IMG/VR virus record: IMGVR_UViG_3300037466_002145
Span: 19,148 to 83,147 of that record
Source: an uncultured virus (IMG/VR IMGVR_UViG_3300037466_002145)
Lineage: Duplodnaviria; Heunggongvirae; Uroviricota; Caudoviricetes
Direction: 5' to 3' (one strand)
Length of the DNA: 64,000 nt
The notes under the pieces were generated by a model that was not told the DNA's origin, did not search any database, and saw only the letters and a program-made list of their open reading frames with translations. Numbering within the stretch: position 1 is the stretch's first letter; every line of letters begins with the position of its first letter. This document shows positions 49,750 to 60,294 of this stretch, piece by piece. The position numbers were made by a program, and so were the translations under genes.

Positions 49750-50375
49750 TTGAGTCCATCCATTGACATTTGAGTGAAACGGTCGGCGGATATGGGGTCG
49801 TGTTGGATGTAATAGACAGCATGATCGAGCCGCTTGATTTCCGCCAGCATCAGGCGAATGTCGTCCGACGTGAACATGCTGATGCAGTCCTCATTCCTTG
49901 CGAGGGCTTCCCAGAGTTGCAACCGCGCGGCTGAGATTTGGCCAGCGGTCGATTGGGCCTTTGCGTTGCATCCATCGGCTTGTGCAGTCATCACACATAA
50001 TCTTTCCTTCAACGCGGTTTTCATTGCCGCGAACACCCCTACGGGCACAGGCGGGCATTTGGCACTTGTCGGGCAGCTTGTGCCAGAGCCATTCGAACAG
50101 GGTCATGGAATCACCAAAAAGCCCCACCACACGACGACAGCGAGTAGCAGGATATCTAAGAAGGCTAGGTATTGGAGAACGGCGTGAGTCATCGGCGTTC
50201 CCTTTCCAACAAGAAGAAGATCGCAACGATAGGCCAGAATAATAGAGAGAAGATCGCCGTGTCGGGTTTATGGGGAGGGTCTAAAACGACAGCCAACACA
50301 AAGACGCCAATCGCCAGATAGACGACATAGAAGGCCATCAGCATCAGGATCGCAGATATCATCGCGGGAACCTCA

Positions 50376-50457
50376 TGGAGCCCTGGACAGGAATCGAACC
50401 TGCATACTCCGATTACGTCGTTGACGACCGCTTAGAAGGCGGGGACGATACCAGGGC
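50376..50457 (-). tRNA. Non-canonical tRNA-Arg(TCT)-like gene with relocated D-loop
   Basis: GCCCTGG-TA-TCGTCC-CCGC(CT TCT AA)GCGG-TCGTCAACGACG-TAATCGGA-GTAT-GCAGG TTCGATT CCTGT-CCAGGGC-T-CCA. Confidence 0.7.
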
Positions 50458-50712
50458 GTAGTCGTATTTATTTCGGCACTAAGCCTACTTCACCTGTAAG
50501 TTTGTCGAACGTCACACGGTAGGTTTGCACATTATGCTGAACCCAACCTTGTTTTACCAACTTGGCTTCACGCAACCTTCGAAATTCATCCAATGAGACT
50601 TTCAACGGCGGCAGCACGTCGTCGGTGCGTTCGGTTGGAAACAGTTTGGCGACTGGTACAGTCGCAAGTCCAACCCCGAGCCCGAACAGAGCCCGTCGCG
50701 TTACTTGTTCCA

Positions 50713-51369
50713 TCACTTTTGATCCCACTCTATGGCTTTTTCCCAATTGGGTTTGCCCACGTCCCCCGAGGGCAGCGATTCGGCCTTTACAGGTTCGACG
50801 ATGACTTCACAAATCATGTCCTTAGTCAAACGCTGATTTGCTCCACACTTCGGTAATTGTTGGCATGTGTTATTTTTGTCAAGGTATGTTCCGTCCCCGC
50901 AACGCACGGTCGGCGCGCTATTGGCAGGCGTTGAATTGTGGCTGAACATGTACGACCAGAACCAGATATCCCACCAAGACGTTGAAGGGGCTTGGTAAAC
51001 TGGCGCGTGATAGTAATAGTCGTTATATTGATAACCAGGGGTTGTAGTATACAGCGGACGCACGCGATAAAGTGGAGCCGTCTGAACGCGGGGGGCAGGC
51101 TGAACCGCTGGCGAGGGTTGGACCCTTGGGGTAGGCTGGATTCGCGGCCTTGGAGCAATTGTGGGGCTTGGGGATGCCTTGGGCATCGGACGGACCCGTA
51201 GCGAACTTCCGAACGACGACGATGGACGGGAAAAGGATGTTGACGGTCGAGAAAAAGAACGGGAACTGAATGAGCCGAAAGACCTTGCCGCCGCGTGGGC
51301 GTCGGAATACCAGAGCCCGAGGCAGCAAACCGACACAAAGACGGCCAGTGAAAAATTCAGAAGTTTCAT
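50713..51369 (-). CDS. Secreted Ser/Arg/Pro-rich low-complexity protein with Cys-rich C-terminus
   Basis: Signal peptide; SFSRPS and PRVQPSP repeats. Confidence 0.6.
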   Translation of the reverse strand: MKLLNFSLAVFVSVCCLGLWYSDAHAAARSFGSFSSRSFSRPSTSFSRPSSSFGSSLRVRPMPKASPSPTIAPRPRIQPTPRVQPSPAVQPAPRVQTAPLYRVRPLYTTTPGYQYNDYYYHAPVYQAPSTSWWDIWFWSYMFSHNSTPANSAPTVRCGDGTYLDKNNTCQQLPKCGANQRLTKDMICEVIVEPVKAESLPSGDVGKPNWEKAIEWDQK

Positions 51370-51401
51370 GGTGTATGTCCCCCATTACATGCTGTAGAAG
51401 G

Positions 51402-51476
51402 TGGCCCTCTGTACGAGACTCGAACTCGTTTCGCGGCATGGACAGTGCCATATAATAACCCATATAAGAACAGAGG
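51402..51476 (-). tRNA. tRNA-Asp(GTC)
   Basis: TGGCA-CT-GTC-CA-TGCCG; G73-CCA. Confidence 0.82.
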
Positions 51477-51479
51477 ATT

Positions 51480-51701
51480 TTAGCGGTGTGTATCGCGATC
51501 CGTTGCAAGGTAGCGCTTCAGTGACTTGTCGTAGGTCATCGCGCTCGGAAACTTCTCCTGATAGAGACGCAAATCAGCCGACGCTTGCGGTCTACTGATG
51601 CTGAACTTCTTCATCAAGTGTTCCCTATTTATGAACCCGAAAATGGATAGAGTTTCGGTAATCCAGTCCATGCGCGCCTTCTGGAACCAAGTGTCTTTCA
51701 T
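51480..51701 (-). CDS. Stand-alone CapW-like winged-HTH domain protein
   Basis: R..WI...L...G.INR..LM..F.IS..QAS.DL..Y....P..M.YD.S.KRY. Confidence 0.7.
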   Translation of the reverse strand: MKDTWFQKARMDWITETLSIFGFINREHLMKKFSISRPQASADLRLYQEKFPSAMTYDKSLKRYLATDRDTHR

Positions 51702-52188
51702 TGATCAATCTCAACCATGAAGTCTTCTTTGAAGACGGAAGCCCCGTATACTTTGGCAATGAAGCGATAGGCTTCGAAGGCGAAGTCACGCATCACACTT
51801 GGCAGGTGAATAAATGACATTGCTCCAATGAAGTTTCTGGCCGTTTCACGTAATAGGCAATCACCAATCTTGCCGTCGCGTTCAAGTTGTTCCCAATCGA
51901 GAATCAGTTGCCGAATGTCACCCAGCGGCATCACTTGAACCATGTCACGAATGTTACTCATGGGCATCCCTCATTGTCGCTAGTGCGCGCATAAAGTGAT
52001 TGAAGGCTTCCACATCCACCTTTTCGTGCGGTAGCGGATAGTAGTTGGCGAAGATGGAAATGACTTTCTCGATTTCCTCTTTTTCCATCAACCCAAGCGT
52101 CGCTAGGACCGAGCCGAGAGATTCAGCAAGGTACACGCATCGCCGTTCGCTTGTAGTCAGACGGCTGTTCAAGTCGTTCATGGTGTAA

Positions 52189-52264
52189 TGGTATCGATAG
52201 TTGGGATCGAACCAACCTTTGAGGGCTTATGAGACCCTTGCGACTACCCTGCCGCCCTACCGAC
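52189..52264 (-). tRNA. tRNA-Met(CAT) (Met, fMet or Ile2 not resolved)
   Basis: AGGGT-CT-CAT-AA-GCCCT; CCA. Confidence 0.8.
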
Positions 52265-52525
52265 ACATATCTCCTTTAATCGTCATCCCGAAGAAGATGA
52301 CCGCGGCCTGCATCAATCATATCTTGCCGATAGTCGATTTTTTCGTCACGGTGTTTTTCGTACAACCAGTCCGAATAATGACCATCGGTTTCGTCATCAA
52401 GTGCCGCGGTCCTTGTTGGGAACGGCCCATGCGTGACGCCTTCCTTGTCTTCATAGAACCAACCCGAGGCGGGTTCGGCGCATGTCATCTCGGGCGGCTT
52501 GACATAATATGGCATGGGTCTATCC

Positions 52526-53116
52526 TTAGAACAAATGATCCACTCGATTGAACCAGGAACGGCCCGCCCAGAACGTATAGTCTTCGTAGACGACGTTCGG
52601 GTCGAATAGCACCTGTTCGCCAAACTGGAACGGCTTCGACGGCTTGCCTTTCAGAAGCGAATGAAATTCGCCAGCCCTATTTGGGTGCCACTCGCCAACA
52701 TCAACGGACTTGTCTTTCCCAGGGAAGGGGGAGTCGTTGGTGCCGTGCAGTTGCGCCGTCTTCTGTTCGTGTGACTTGTGCAGGATGGAGTCCTGCCCAT
52801 ACTTCTTACCGAGATTCTTCAGGGTGCCCAGAAGATGGCCGTTGTCGTGGCCTTCCTTACCGATCACCAGCAAGGATTTTTCCTTAACGTGGCGTTCGTT
52901 TGGTTCACCCTTGTTTTCGGTATAGGCCCCGCTAACACGGACATAGCCCAGGTTGGACTTCCGAAGATCGTCCTTCAATTGGGCATGACGGTGATTGTTT
53001 TCGGCAGGGCTCAGGTCGCCCCGCGCCGCCGAAATGAGGCCGATGTTGCGATTTTGGGTGTGGTTGAGCAATCGCGAGAACGACTGTTCAAGGAGGTATT
53101 TTGAGAACTCTGCCAT
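52526..53116 (-). CDS. Conserved T4-like phage hypothetical protein
   Basis: S.SRL..H......ISA.RG...EN..R...L..DL...GY..V.G.Y.E...E.S...GKKYGQDSIL. Confidence 0.7.
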   Translation of the reverse strand: MAEFSKYLLEQSFSRLLNHTQNRNIGLISAARGDLSPAENNHRHAQLKDDLRKSNLGYVRVSGAYTENKGEPNERHVKEKSLLVIGKEGHDNGHLLGTLKNLGKKYGQDSILHKSHEQKTAQLHGTNDSPFPGKDKSVDVGEWHPNRAGEFHSLLKGKPSKPFQFGEQVLFDPNVVYEDYTFWAGRSWFNRVDHLF

Positions 53117-54641
53117 TTTACTTCTTTTTAAGTGCGTTGTCAACAGTGTTGATCAACATGGGTCCATAGACTGTGAGGATCGGGTTATTTTCAAACGAGA
53201 ATTGAGACATGCCTTTGCCGACAGCATCGGCATAGACAAGTCTCAATTGTTTCAGCTTGGCGGAAGTCCAGTGAATTACGGCCATTTGTCTCCCTTAGAC
53301 GGTTTGGTGATAAAGCGATAAGCGAAGCGAAGGAATTTCAACCATGCCCAGATGATGAAGGCCAGAATGCCAAGCATCAGAGGGATTGAAATCCAAATCC
53401 ACATCATCAATGTGTCTTCGCTAATCATCTATTTATCTCCACTGTCCGTCACGCCAAGTGTAGCCCCACTCGGCCATTGTTAGATCGGATGGATCATTGC
53501 ACTTGCACGTGCCGTCGTCCCGATAGTGATCAGCATCATAGACATGGTGCGGGCAAGCCTGGATATCGGATTGCTTGATCGAACGGATAGGCACCACTTT
53601 CATGTTGCCGTGTTCGTCGAATTCAATTTTCGAAAACTGCACCATGTTACACCTCTATGAAATCGAAGTAGTAGCGCGGGGAATGTTGAAACAAGAGAGA
53701 GCCCTTCTTGCCATCGGACTTGCGCACGACGGATACGAAGGGAGCCGCGAACCCGATAACTTCAAAGTGTTCCCCAAGCTCAGTCGTATCGAACACATTG
53801 CCTTTACCGTGGTTCGTTTCAAGTTCCGCCCGCGTCTGCGGCACGGAATTGACTCCCATTGCCAGTAACTTTCTTAACTCAGGATTGTCTGCCATCACAT
53901 GATCCTTTCAGCCTCGGGCGGCGGGTCTTCTAACAGTAACTCAACGTGCTCGGACCATAGTCCTAACAGTTCCTTGATGACTTCTAATTTGTCAGGCGGA
54001 ATACCTTCTTTGATGACGATAGCCATCATCGATGAACCGTCGTCATCAAAAAGTTCATGGGTTTTGTACCCATTTATATCCTGACCAAAAACTTGGGTAT
54101 AGTCGCGTGACATTCCATCCTCCTTAAAAAACGTCGGTCAATATAGAGTGGTCTATCGTCTAACGTGCCGACCGTCACTCCCACCACCAGACTAGCCTTA
54201 TCCCGAGCGAAGCGGACGATGTTTTACCCCAACACGGTCGGGCATCGCGCCTTATTTCTTTCACGCTATTTTTGGGGCAGCCTGCTATATTGATTAGCCT
54301 TGTTCCTTCTCCACCACAGCAACACTGTCAGCAAGACCGTTGGCGATTGCAAACCGTCCTTTCTCAGTTTGCCAAATAGGGTCAGTCAACGTGAAACCAG
54401 TTTTCGTAGATTCACGCACCAACAGTTCGACCGCCAGCGCCATTTTCAACAGTAACTCACGTTCAGCGTTTGTCATTTACAATGCCTGTTCACCATTTAT
54501 GCCATCTTCCGTCAGGAAGCTTAATCGCGAAGGATGCTTCTCCTTTGTGAGATAAGATATATTTCAGTGCTTCTTCGAGCGTTTCCGTCTCATGAATTTT
54601 TATTCCTCCTTGCCCTTGGGTCGCCCAAATTTCGTACATGG

Positions 54642-55112
54642 TTACAATGCCTGTTCATGCGGTTTGCCATCGCCATAAGCATATGTCTTCGGGAACGAAA
54701 ACATCAACCTAATGGCCGCTTCAAATTCTAAGTCTAACACCACGGCGGAAGCCTTGGTGTGGTTGCGAATATGGGCTTCGCCCCGATGATTGCCATCCAA
54801 AATATACCCGTCGCGACTGACCAGTATGGGCTTGGCCAGTTGTTCAGCGGACATGTGGATGACCTTATTCCAAGAGACCCGCTGGTGAAAGTGGAGGTTC
54901 TTGGGGTCTAGGCTCGTCAGTTGGTATGACCATCCCTGTGCCGTCACGAAGTCGAAAAACTCAGGATAATCCGCTTCGTCAATCTGCGGCATGGCAGGAC
55001 GGGGGACATAGAAGGGTAGGAACTCACCGCCCTTGTAATGTTTGCCGTCGAGCCCGATTTCCCCGCCCGTGTGCGCGCGGGGGTCAAGGGGATGGTCATA
55101 CCAATCGTACAT
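54642..55112 (-). CDS. ParB-like nuclease-domain protein
   Basis: MPQI, L...Q, PILVSRDGYILDGNHR. Confidence 0.7.
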   Translation of the reverse strand: MYDWYDHPLDPRAHTGGEIGLDGKHYKGGEFLPFYVPRPAMPQIDEADYPEFFDFVTAQGWSYQLTSLDPKNLHFHQRVSWNKVIHMSAEQLAKPILVSRDGYILDGNHRGEAHIRNHTKASAVVLDLEFEAAIRLMFSFPKTYAYGDGKPHEQAL

Positions 55113-55255
55113 GTTCAGTTGCCTTCCTTCTTCACGCTAGGAATGGGGGTTCCAAGCCCCCATGCCGAGGTAATTGCCTGCCCAGCGAGTGCATAGGGCG
55201 CGAACAGAGTCAGCCAAAAGCTGAACATGATAGTCTCCTTTCTTTACCCGTCTAG

Positions 55256-55642
55256 TTAGGCGGCCTTCGCCGCGTTGCGTTGATTCCAGAGTTTAGCTAA
55301 GAGGTCGTCACGAGATTCGCAAGGCTCGCACACAAGCTGGACGAGAATTTCCTTGAAGTTCGGTCCCCAAATCTTTCTGGCCACGTCATGGTCAAAGATC
55401 AGAGTGTCGGCAGACGGAATCTCCTCAACCACTTCGAAGCTATAGGCGCGACCATCGGTATCGACGCGCTTTTCCTCAGCCACGTAGGTCAAGTGGTGAG
55501 CCACGATCACGTCGGTGACGCCGTAGGCTTCGCGGATGATCGCCTTGAACACTTCACGGCTTTGGGCGTTGCGGTCGTTCTCATACGAACCTTCAAGTTT
55601 CAGGCCATTCGGAGAAAAGTCTTTGTCCTGGATATGTGTCAT
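55256..55642 (-). CDS. Hypothetical protein
   Basis: 128-aa ORF after a TTGACA promoter near 55710; ends in AA. Confidence 0.65.
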   Translation of the reverse strand: MTHIQDKDFSPNGLKLEGSYENDRNAQSREVFKAIIREAYGVTDVIVAHHLTYVAEEKRVDTDGRAYSFEVVEEIPSADTLIFDHDVARKIWGPNFKEILVQLVCEPCESRDDLLAKLWNQRNAAKAA

Positions 55643-55743
55643 TGGGTGAGTTCCCTTAGATGTGTCTAATTTCGATACCCATTAACTTAGTATACCCAAA
55701 ACTTTTGTCAAGGAAAAATTGGCAAAAATAAAAGCCTCTGAAA

Positions 55744-56196
55744 TCAGAGGCTTATGGACTTTCTCCAGCGCATGTAACGGACGTATAGACCAACTTCGCG
55801 ACCAAAGGCGTCTATCTCCCATGGGTAATCAAAGTAGTCCATCTTATCCAGAACCACTTCTTCACGTTTCCAGCGGGGCAGGGAGCGCAAAGTTTCGTCG
55901 GTCAAGTCCCCCACAATGAACTGTTTCATATGGGTCATTTCATGGGCCAGCGACTTCAAGGTCTCGCGCGTCTTGAACTTGTTGGATAGGGTGATCAGAA
56001 ACTCTTTCGGTTTAACTGGACGATCCAACCATTCAATATACCCTTTGTCGTAACCCGTGTCGGCTAACTTGATCTTGAGTGTAACATGCTTTGATTGGCG
56101 TTCAGTAAGTAATAGCTTAGTATAAAATTTGGCAGCGTCTCGTAGTTCTTGTGTTGGAACTTTAGGTTGCCCTGGATTCCTTATTATTATCTTCAT
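55744..56196 (-). CDS. HExxH zincin-like protein (T4-like phage conserved)
   Basis: LAHEMTHMKQF..GDL...W.......Y.DYPWEIDA. Confidence 0.8.
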   Translation of the reverse strand: MKIIIRNPGQPKVPTQELRDAAKFYTKLLLTERQSKHVTLKIKLADTGYDKGYIEWLDRPVKPKEFLITLSNKFKTRETLKSLAHEMTHMKQFIVGDLTDETLRSLPRWKREEVVLDKMDYFDYPWEIDAFGREVGLYVRYMRWRKSISL

Positions 56197-56849
56197 CTAT
56201 TCTCTATAAAAACCCTTCTTACTTGGTCGATATACTCTGAAATGTCCTTTTCATAGTAATAACAAGTCATATCCTCAGTCGAGAATACTATGACAATCTT
56301 GCTAATGTTCAGATGATAAGTGTCATTCGTCATCCAGCCGTAGGTCGCGGCTTGGATGAAATAGTGAAGTATCCAATCTTCACGTTTCCATTTTTTGGTC
56401 GTCTTGAGGTCCAGAATGGTCGGCACGCCGTTCCAGCATACGATCCCGTCTGCCCGCCCCGCCGTTCGGAGCTTTCCGCTGTAGAGCGGAAATTCAGCCC
56501 CATACACTTTTTGGATGCATGGTTCGATTTTCCGCTTGACAGATTCAAAACGCATTTTTTCGATAGGGTGTGCCTGACTGTAGTCTTCGTTGAGAAGATA
56601 CCTTTCAAGCACGTCATGGAGTTTGGAGCCGAAGCGGGAAGCCCGTTCGGTTTCTAAATCAGCCTTGATATGGCCGATACGGTCGCGCCATTCTTCCAAG
56701 TGAGACTTGTCCACAGCTTGACCAATGACAGTCGTGACGCTTGGAAAGTCTCCCTCAGGTGTCTTATAAACTCGGCCAATGTCATCATAGTAAGAGTCGA
56801 GTTCACAGCGCGATAATAGGTCCAGTGATAGCATTATACCAAAACTCAA
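56193..56849 (-). CDS. PD-(D/E)xK exonuclease (T4-like phage)
   Basis: RVY.TP.G.FPSVTTV, G...H..LE.YL, E..LYS..L..AGR.D, ILD.KT, YF.Q...Y. Confidence 0.85.
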   Translation of the reverse strand: MSFGIMLSLDLLSRCELDSYYDDIGRVYKTPEGDFPSVTTVIGQAVDKSHLEEWRDRIGHIKADLETERASRFGSKLHDVLERYLLNEDYSQAHPIEKMRFESVKRKIEPCIQKVYGAEFPLYSGKLRTAGRADGIVCWNGVPTILDLKTTKKWKREDWILHYFIQAATYGWMTNDTYHLNISKIVIVFSTEDMTCYYYEKDISEYIDQVRRVFIENR

Positions 56850-56885
56850 AGAAAATTTGAATCATAATAGGCGTTAGAAAGTAGA

Positions 56886-57635
56886 TCACGCGATAACCCC
56901 CTCTATGATTCCATCTTCTTCTAATTTGTTTTTGGTAATGATGTAGGATTTCACGAAGGCGCTTCGAACAATGTCTTCCTCTTGGAATTCGATAAATTCG
57001 AAGCAATTCATTCGACGGATAATCTTCATGAAGTCGGCAAGGCCCGAAACTTCCTTGCGACGATTGAGGTCCGTCTGTTTAACGTCACCAGCAAAGACGA
57101 TTTTGCAGTTGGTGCCAATTCGGGTGATAATAGAGTGCAACTCATGAGCCGTCATGTTCTGACATTCATCCACCAAGACGATGGCGTTGTTGATGGTGAT
57201 GCCGCGGATGAAGGTCGTGGTCATGAATTCGACGATACCCTTCTGTTTCAGAAGTGTGTACGCGTCGCCCCGCCCTAACAGTTCGGCCATGATCGGCATG
57301 TAGGGGATTTCGTAGTATTGGTTCTTGCCCTTGAGGTCTCCAGGCATGTGCCCGACTTCGCGGGTCTGCACATTGGAGCGGACAATGACTAATTTTTTGA
57401 AAGGGGAATTATACGAGAAAATCTCACGTAAGGCAAGATAGGAAGCGATAAAGCTTTTGCCTGTGCCAGCGAGACCATGAAGAAACAGGTGTTTCTTATT
57501 GAAGGTATTGAAAGCAATCTCTTGATTGCTTGTTAATGGCGAAATATGTTGAAGGTCAAAATTAAGTTTGTTGTCAAGAGCATATTGTTTCTTTTGTTCA
57601 CGAAGTTGTTTTCTTTGTTTTGCTCTACTTACCAT
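56886..57635 (-). CDS. phoH: PhoH-like ATPase
   Basis: GLAGTGKS Walker A, G..PG...K, FIRG.T, VDECQN, GD..QTDL, DIVRS. Confidence 0.93.
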   Translation of the reverse strand: MVSRAKQRKQLREQKKQYALDNKLNFDLQHISPLTSNQEIAFNTFNKKHLFLHGLAGTGKSFIASYLALREIFSYNSPFKKLVIVRSNVQTREVGHMPGDLKGKNQYYEIPYMPIMAELLGRGDAYTLLKQKGIVEFMTTTFIRGITINNAIVLVDECQNMTAHELHSIITRIGTNCKIVFAGDVKQTDLNRRKEVSGLADFMKIIRRMNCFEFIEFQEEDIVRSAFVKSYIITKNKLEEDGIIEGVIA

Positions 57636-57671
57636 AATTGGCTTCCTTGATATTAGGACTTCATAGCAAAC

Positions 57672-57905
57672 TTAGTTGATATCTATTTTCGCTCCTCTGT
57701 TTCGCTTTTTGACTTGTTTCAAAAGGTCTTTGAACCCGTCGTCCGTCTTGAACGATGACCCATGCATTGAGACGATGTTGAGCGCATGAACGCCCTGTTC
57801 GTGCTCAGGATGCTCTTTGAGATATTCTTGTAGACTGGTGTAGGACGTGAAAAATTCTTCCCACTCCTCACCAGTCGCTTTGTCGATTAGAACGTAGGTC
57901 GGCAT
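57672..57905 (-). CDS. FmdB-like small protein (T4-like phage conserved)
   Basis: MPTY...D..TGE..E.F......YL..HP...K.DDGFKDLL; synteny with phoH. Confidence 0.75.
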   Translation of the reverse strand: MPTYVLIDKATGEEWEEFFTSYTSLQEYLKEHPEHEQGVHALNIVSMHGSSFKTDDGFKDLLKQVKKRNRGAKIDIN

Positions 57906-58196
57906 TTAGGCTTTTCTAATTGTCAGATAATATTCGGCACCAGGATCGAACTTGTTGTAGCAGTCGGGATTGGTGATGCTCATTTGCAGTTGGCCGCTTG
58001 GCGTCCACTTCGACCACGACTTATTTTCTTCACACTCGGCGGTCACAGCTTCGAACGCGACACGGATGTAAGGCGCATCCTCGGGAGTTGGCCGTTTGTC
58101 ATACTGTGTGCTGACAGTTTGATTATAATCCTTATCAAAAATATGGATATAATCGCATCGGAATTTGGCGGTTACGGTATCAGTCATAATATTCAT
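57906..58196 (-). CDS. Conserved phage hypothetical protein
   Basis: AKF.C...EENK.WSKWTPSG.L.M.ITNP....F..G.EYY. Confidence 0.7.
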   Translation of the reverse strand: MNIMTDTVTAKFRCDYIHIFDKDYNQTVSTQYDKRPTPEDAPYIRVAFEAVTAECEENKSWSKWTPSGQLQMSITNPDCYNKFDPGAEYYLTIRKA

Positions 58197-58349
58197 CCTC
58201 GTGATCTACGTCTTCGACTTGGACGTATCGGTTATCGCGTGACGCACTTTTCGCTTTCTTGCGGTTACGTCGTTCGCGTTCTCTTTGTTCGCGTTCCCAA
58301 TCCATATCGTCGGGTTCATCCCAACGGTACTTTTGTTTTCCTGAACGGC

Positions 58350-58955
58350 TCATAGCGTTTCTTCTTTAGGTGCCTTCTTTTTACGTGATCGCTTGGGTTT
58401 CTCTTGCTTGGGCGGCAAGGAGTTCAAGACACTTTCAATGGTCTTATCGGTGACCCTGAATTCGTCAGGGTTCACCGTTTCCCCTACTTTCCCAATAGTC
58501 GTTTCTTCCACTTTTTGAATTTGTGGGAGAAACGTAACGTCGGGAAGTAAATCGGGGAACGCCTCCTTTATCACATCGTATTCGAGGTTTGGATAAGGGA
58601 GGGATTTCTTGATTGCGGCTTCGATGACGCGCACGTCCCCAGGACACAGCATTTCCAGAAGCTGAATGAACAGGTGCTCGCGCTTGGGGGGCGTCAGATT
58701 GGGGTTGCCGCCTTCGATAAACAAATACAGGCGACGCGCTTCGGCCAACAGAATGGTTTCTTGTTGCCCAACCTTATCGGGATGAAATGGGGGTAGGTCT
58801 GGACCTACAAGCCATTTGATTCCAGGATGAAGTGCATATTGTAACACAATTCGCAGGGCGTGGGTATCCTCTTGACGAAGAAATTTGACCCTTTCGTCCC
58901 TATTTTTTATTCCAGAGGCTTTCTCCAGAATTTCACTTATTCCAAGTTGATACAT
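58350..58955 (-). CDS. Conserved T4-like phage hypothetical protein
   Basis: ISEIL........ERVK.L....L..EARRLY.F..GGN.......RE.LFIQLLE...V.EAFP. Confidence 0.75.
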   Translation of the reverse strand: MYQLGISEILEKASGIKNRDERVKFLRQEDTHALRIVLQYALHPGIKWLVGPDLPPFHPDKVGQQETILLAEARRLYLFIEGGNPNLTPPKREHLFIQLLEMLCPGDVRVIEAAIKKSLPYPNLEYDVIKEAFPDLLPDVTFLPQIQKVEETTIGKVGETVNPDEFRVTDKTIESVLNSLPPKQEKPKRSRKKKAPKEETL

Positions 58956-59453
58956 TAATTCTCTCTATATCGTATCTTAATTCCCAAAATAGTCGCAAGA
59001 TTTTTTGAATCTCCCACCATCCACCGTCTTTGCAATTGTGATATACACAACGGCACCCACCATTGGTGTGCATTCCTTGAGCCTTACCTTTGAGATAACA
59101 GAAGCCATCTGAGCATCCTTTTATCTCATTCATCGCAGTATCGAATTGTTCAAGTCGTTCTTGTATGATTGTATTCATTTGTTCTTATTCCAATCAATAG
59201 CTAACTGTAAATTGTAACAATATCGTTTACCTTCGAATTCTACAACGAATTTAGGCATAAACGTTTTCATATCAACAGTCTGTGCCACGATAACAGATTT
59301 AGTATGAGGTTTGAACATGCGCGGAAGAACAGGGTGATTGATATCAGTAATCAGTTCAACGTCACCAAGGTCTTCTAAATCGGTTGGGTCAACGGCCGTT
59401 ATTGATGTTCCGTCTTCATTAAATGCTATAACTGGTTTGGGTATTTTCATTCT

Positions 59454-60293
59454 TTAGAAATCCTGAACAGTATCGATAAATTCTCTCAAATTCTTATCGA
59501 AAAAATAATTGAATAACTTTGCCTTTGTCTTCTTGGGGCGGTCCTCAAATGTTTGAATAATGGGTAATTCAATCTTTTGCGGAATGCACTGTAGATCGAT
59601 CAGTGTTCGGTTTCGTTCAAAGTTGCGTTTAAGCACTGAGGGATACTGACTTGGGCAAGTGTCGGTAAGGTATTTAATACGCGCCGTACCGAGTGTTCCT
59701 TGCCGCTTCCCCAACACAAGGCAATCATCTGGAGACGCAATATTAGGTATTCCATCAGACTTGTCCCCTTCGATGATGTGTTGTTTGAGGTAGGTGGTAG
59801 GGTCTGGATTGGAGACAAATTTCTTACCAACAGGGGAGAATTGCTTGATCCTCTTTTGCTTGTCGTGCAGTTGCACGAAATCGGTGTCGCCCGACAGGAT
59901 CAGAATTTTTTGATCAGAATTGAGTTTGATCAAGGTAGCAATCACGTCGTCGGCTTCGGCGTTCTCAACATCGATGACCGTGTAGGGAAAGAACTCTTTC
60001 AGTTCGCCCTTGACAGTTTCAAAGGATGCAAAGGCTTGATCCCAATCGATCTTGGAGTTGGCCCGTTCCTTCTTGCGGTTCGCTTTGTAGTAGGGGAACA
60101 CTTCCTTACGCCAGTTCTTTCGACTATCGCAGCATATAACCACTTCCCCCCAATCCCGAAATAACTTGCGGCTATAACCGCGTAGACTTCTCAGGATGCT
60201 ATATCGAATGGTTTCATCGTTTATCGGCACCTTCGTCTTTTCCATTCGGAACAAGTTAGAGAAAGTGATTTGGTTCAAGTCAACAAGTATCAC
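59454..60293 (-). CDS. rnh: T4-type RNase H (5'-3' exonuclease)
   Basis: MILVDLNQ, WRK.VFPYYKANRKK, AEADDVIA, ILSGD.DF.QL, GD.SDGIPNI, RN..LIDL. Confidence 0.93.
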   Translation of the reverse strand: MILVDLNQITFSNLFRMEKTKVPINDETIRYSILRSLRGYSRKLFRDWGEVVICCDSRKNWRKEVFPYYKANRKKERANSKIDWDQAFASFETVKGELKEFFPYTVIDVENAEADDVIATLIKLNSDQKILILSGDTDFVQLHDKQKRIKQFSPVGKKFVSNPDPTTYLKQHIIEGDKSDGIPNIASPDDCLVLGKRQGTLGTARIKYLTDTCPSQYPSVLKRNFERNRTLIDLQCIPQKIELPIIQTFEDRPKKTKAKLFNYFFDKNLREFIDTVQDF

Positions 60294-60294
60294 A

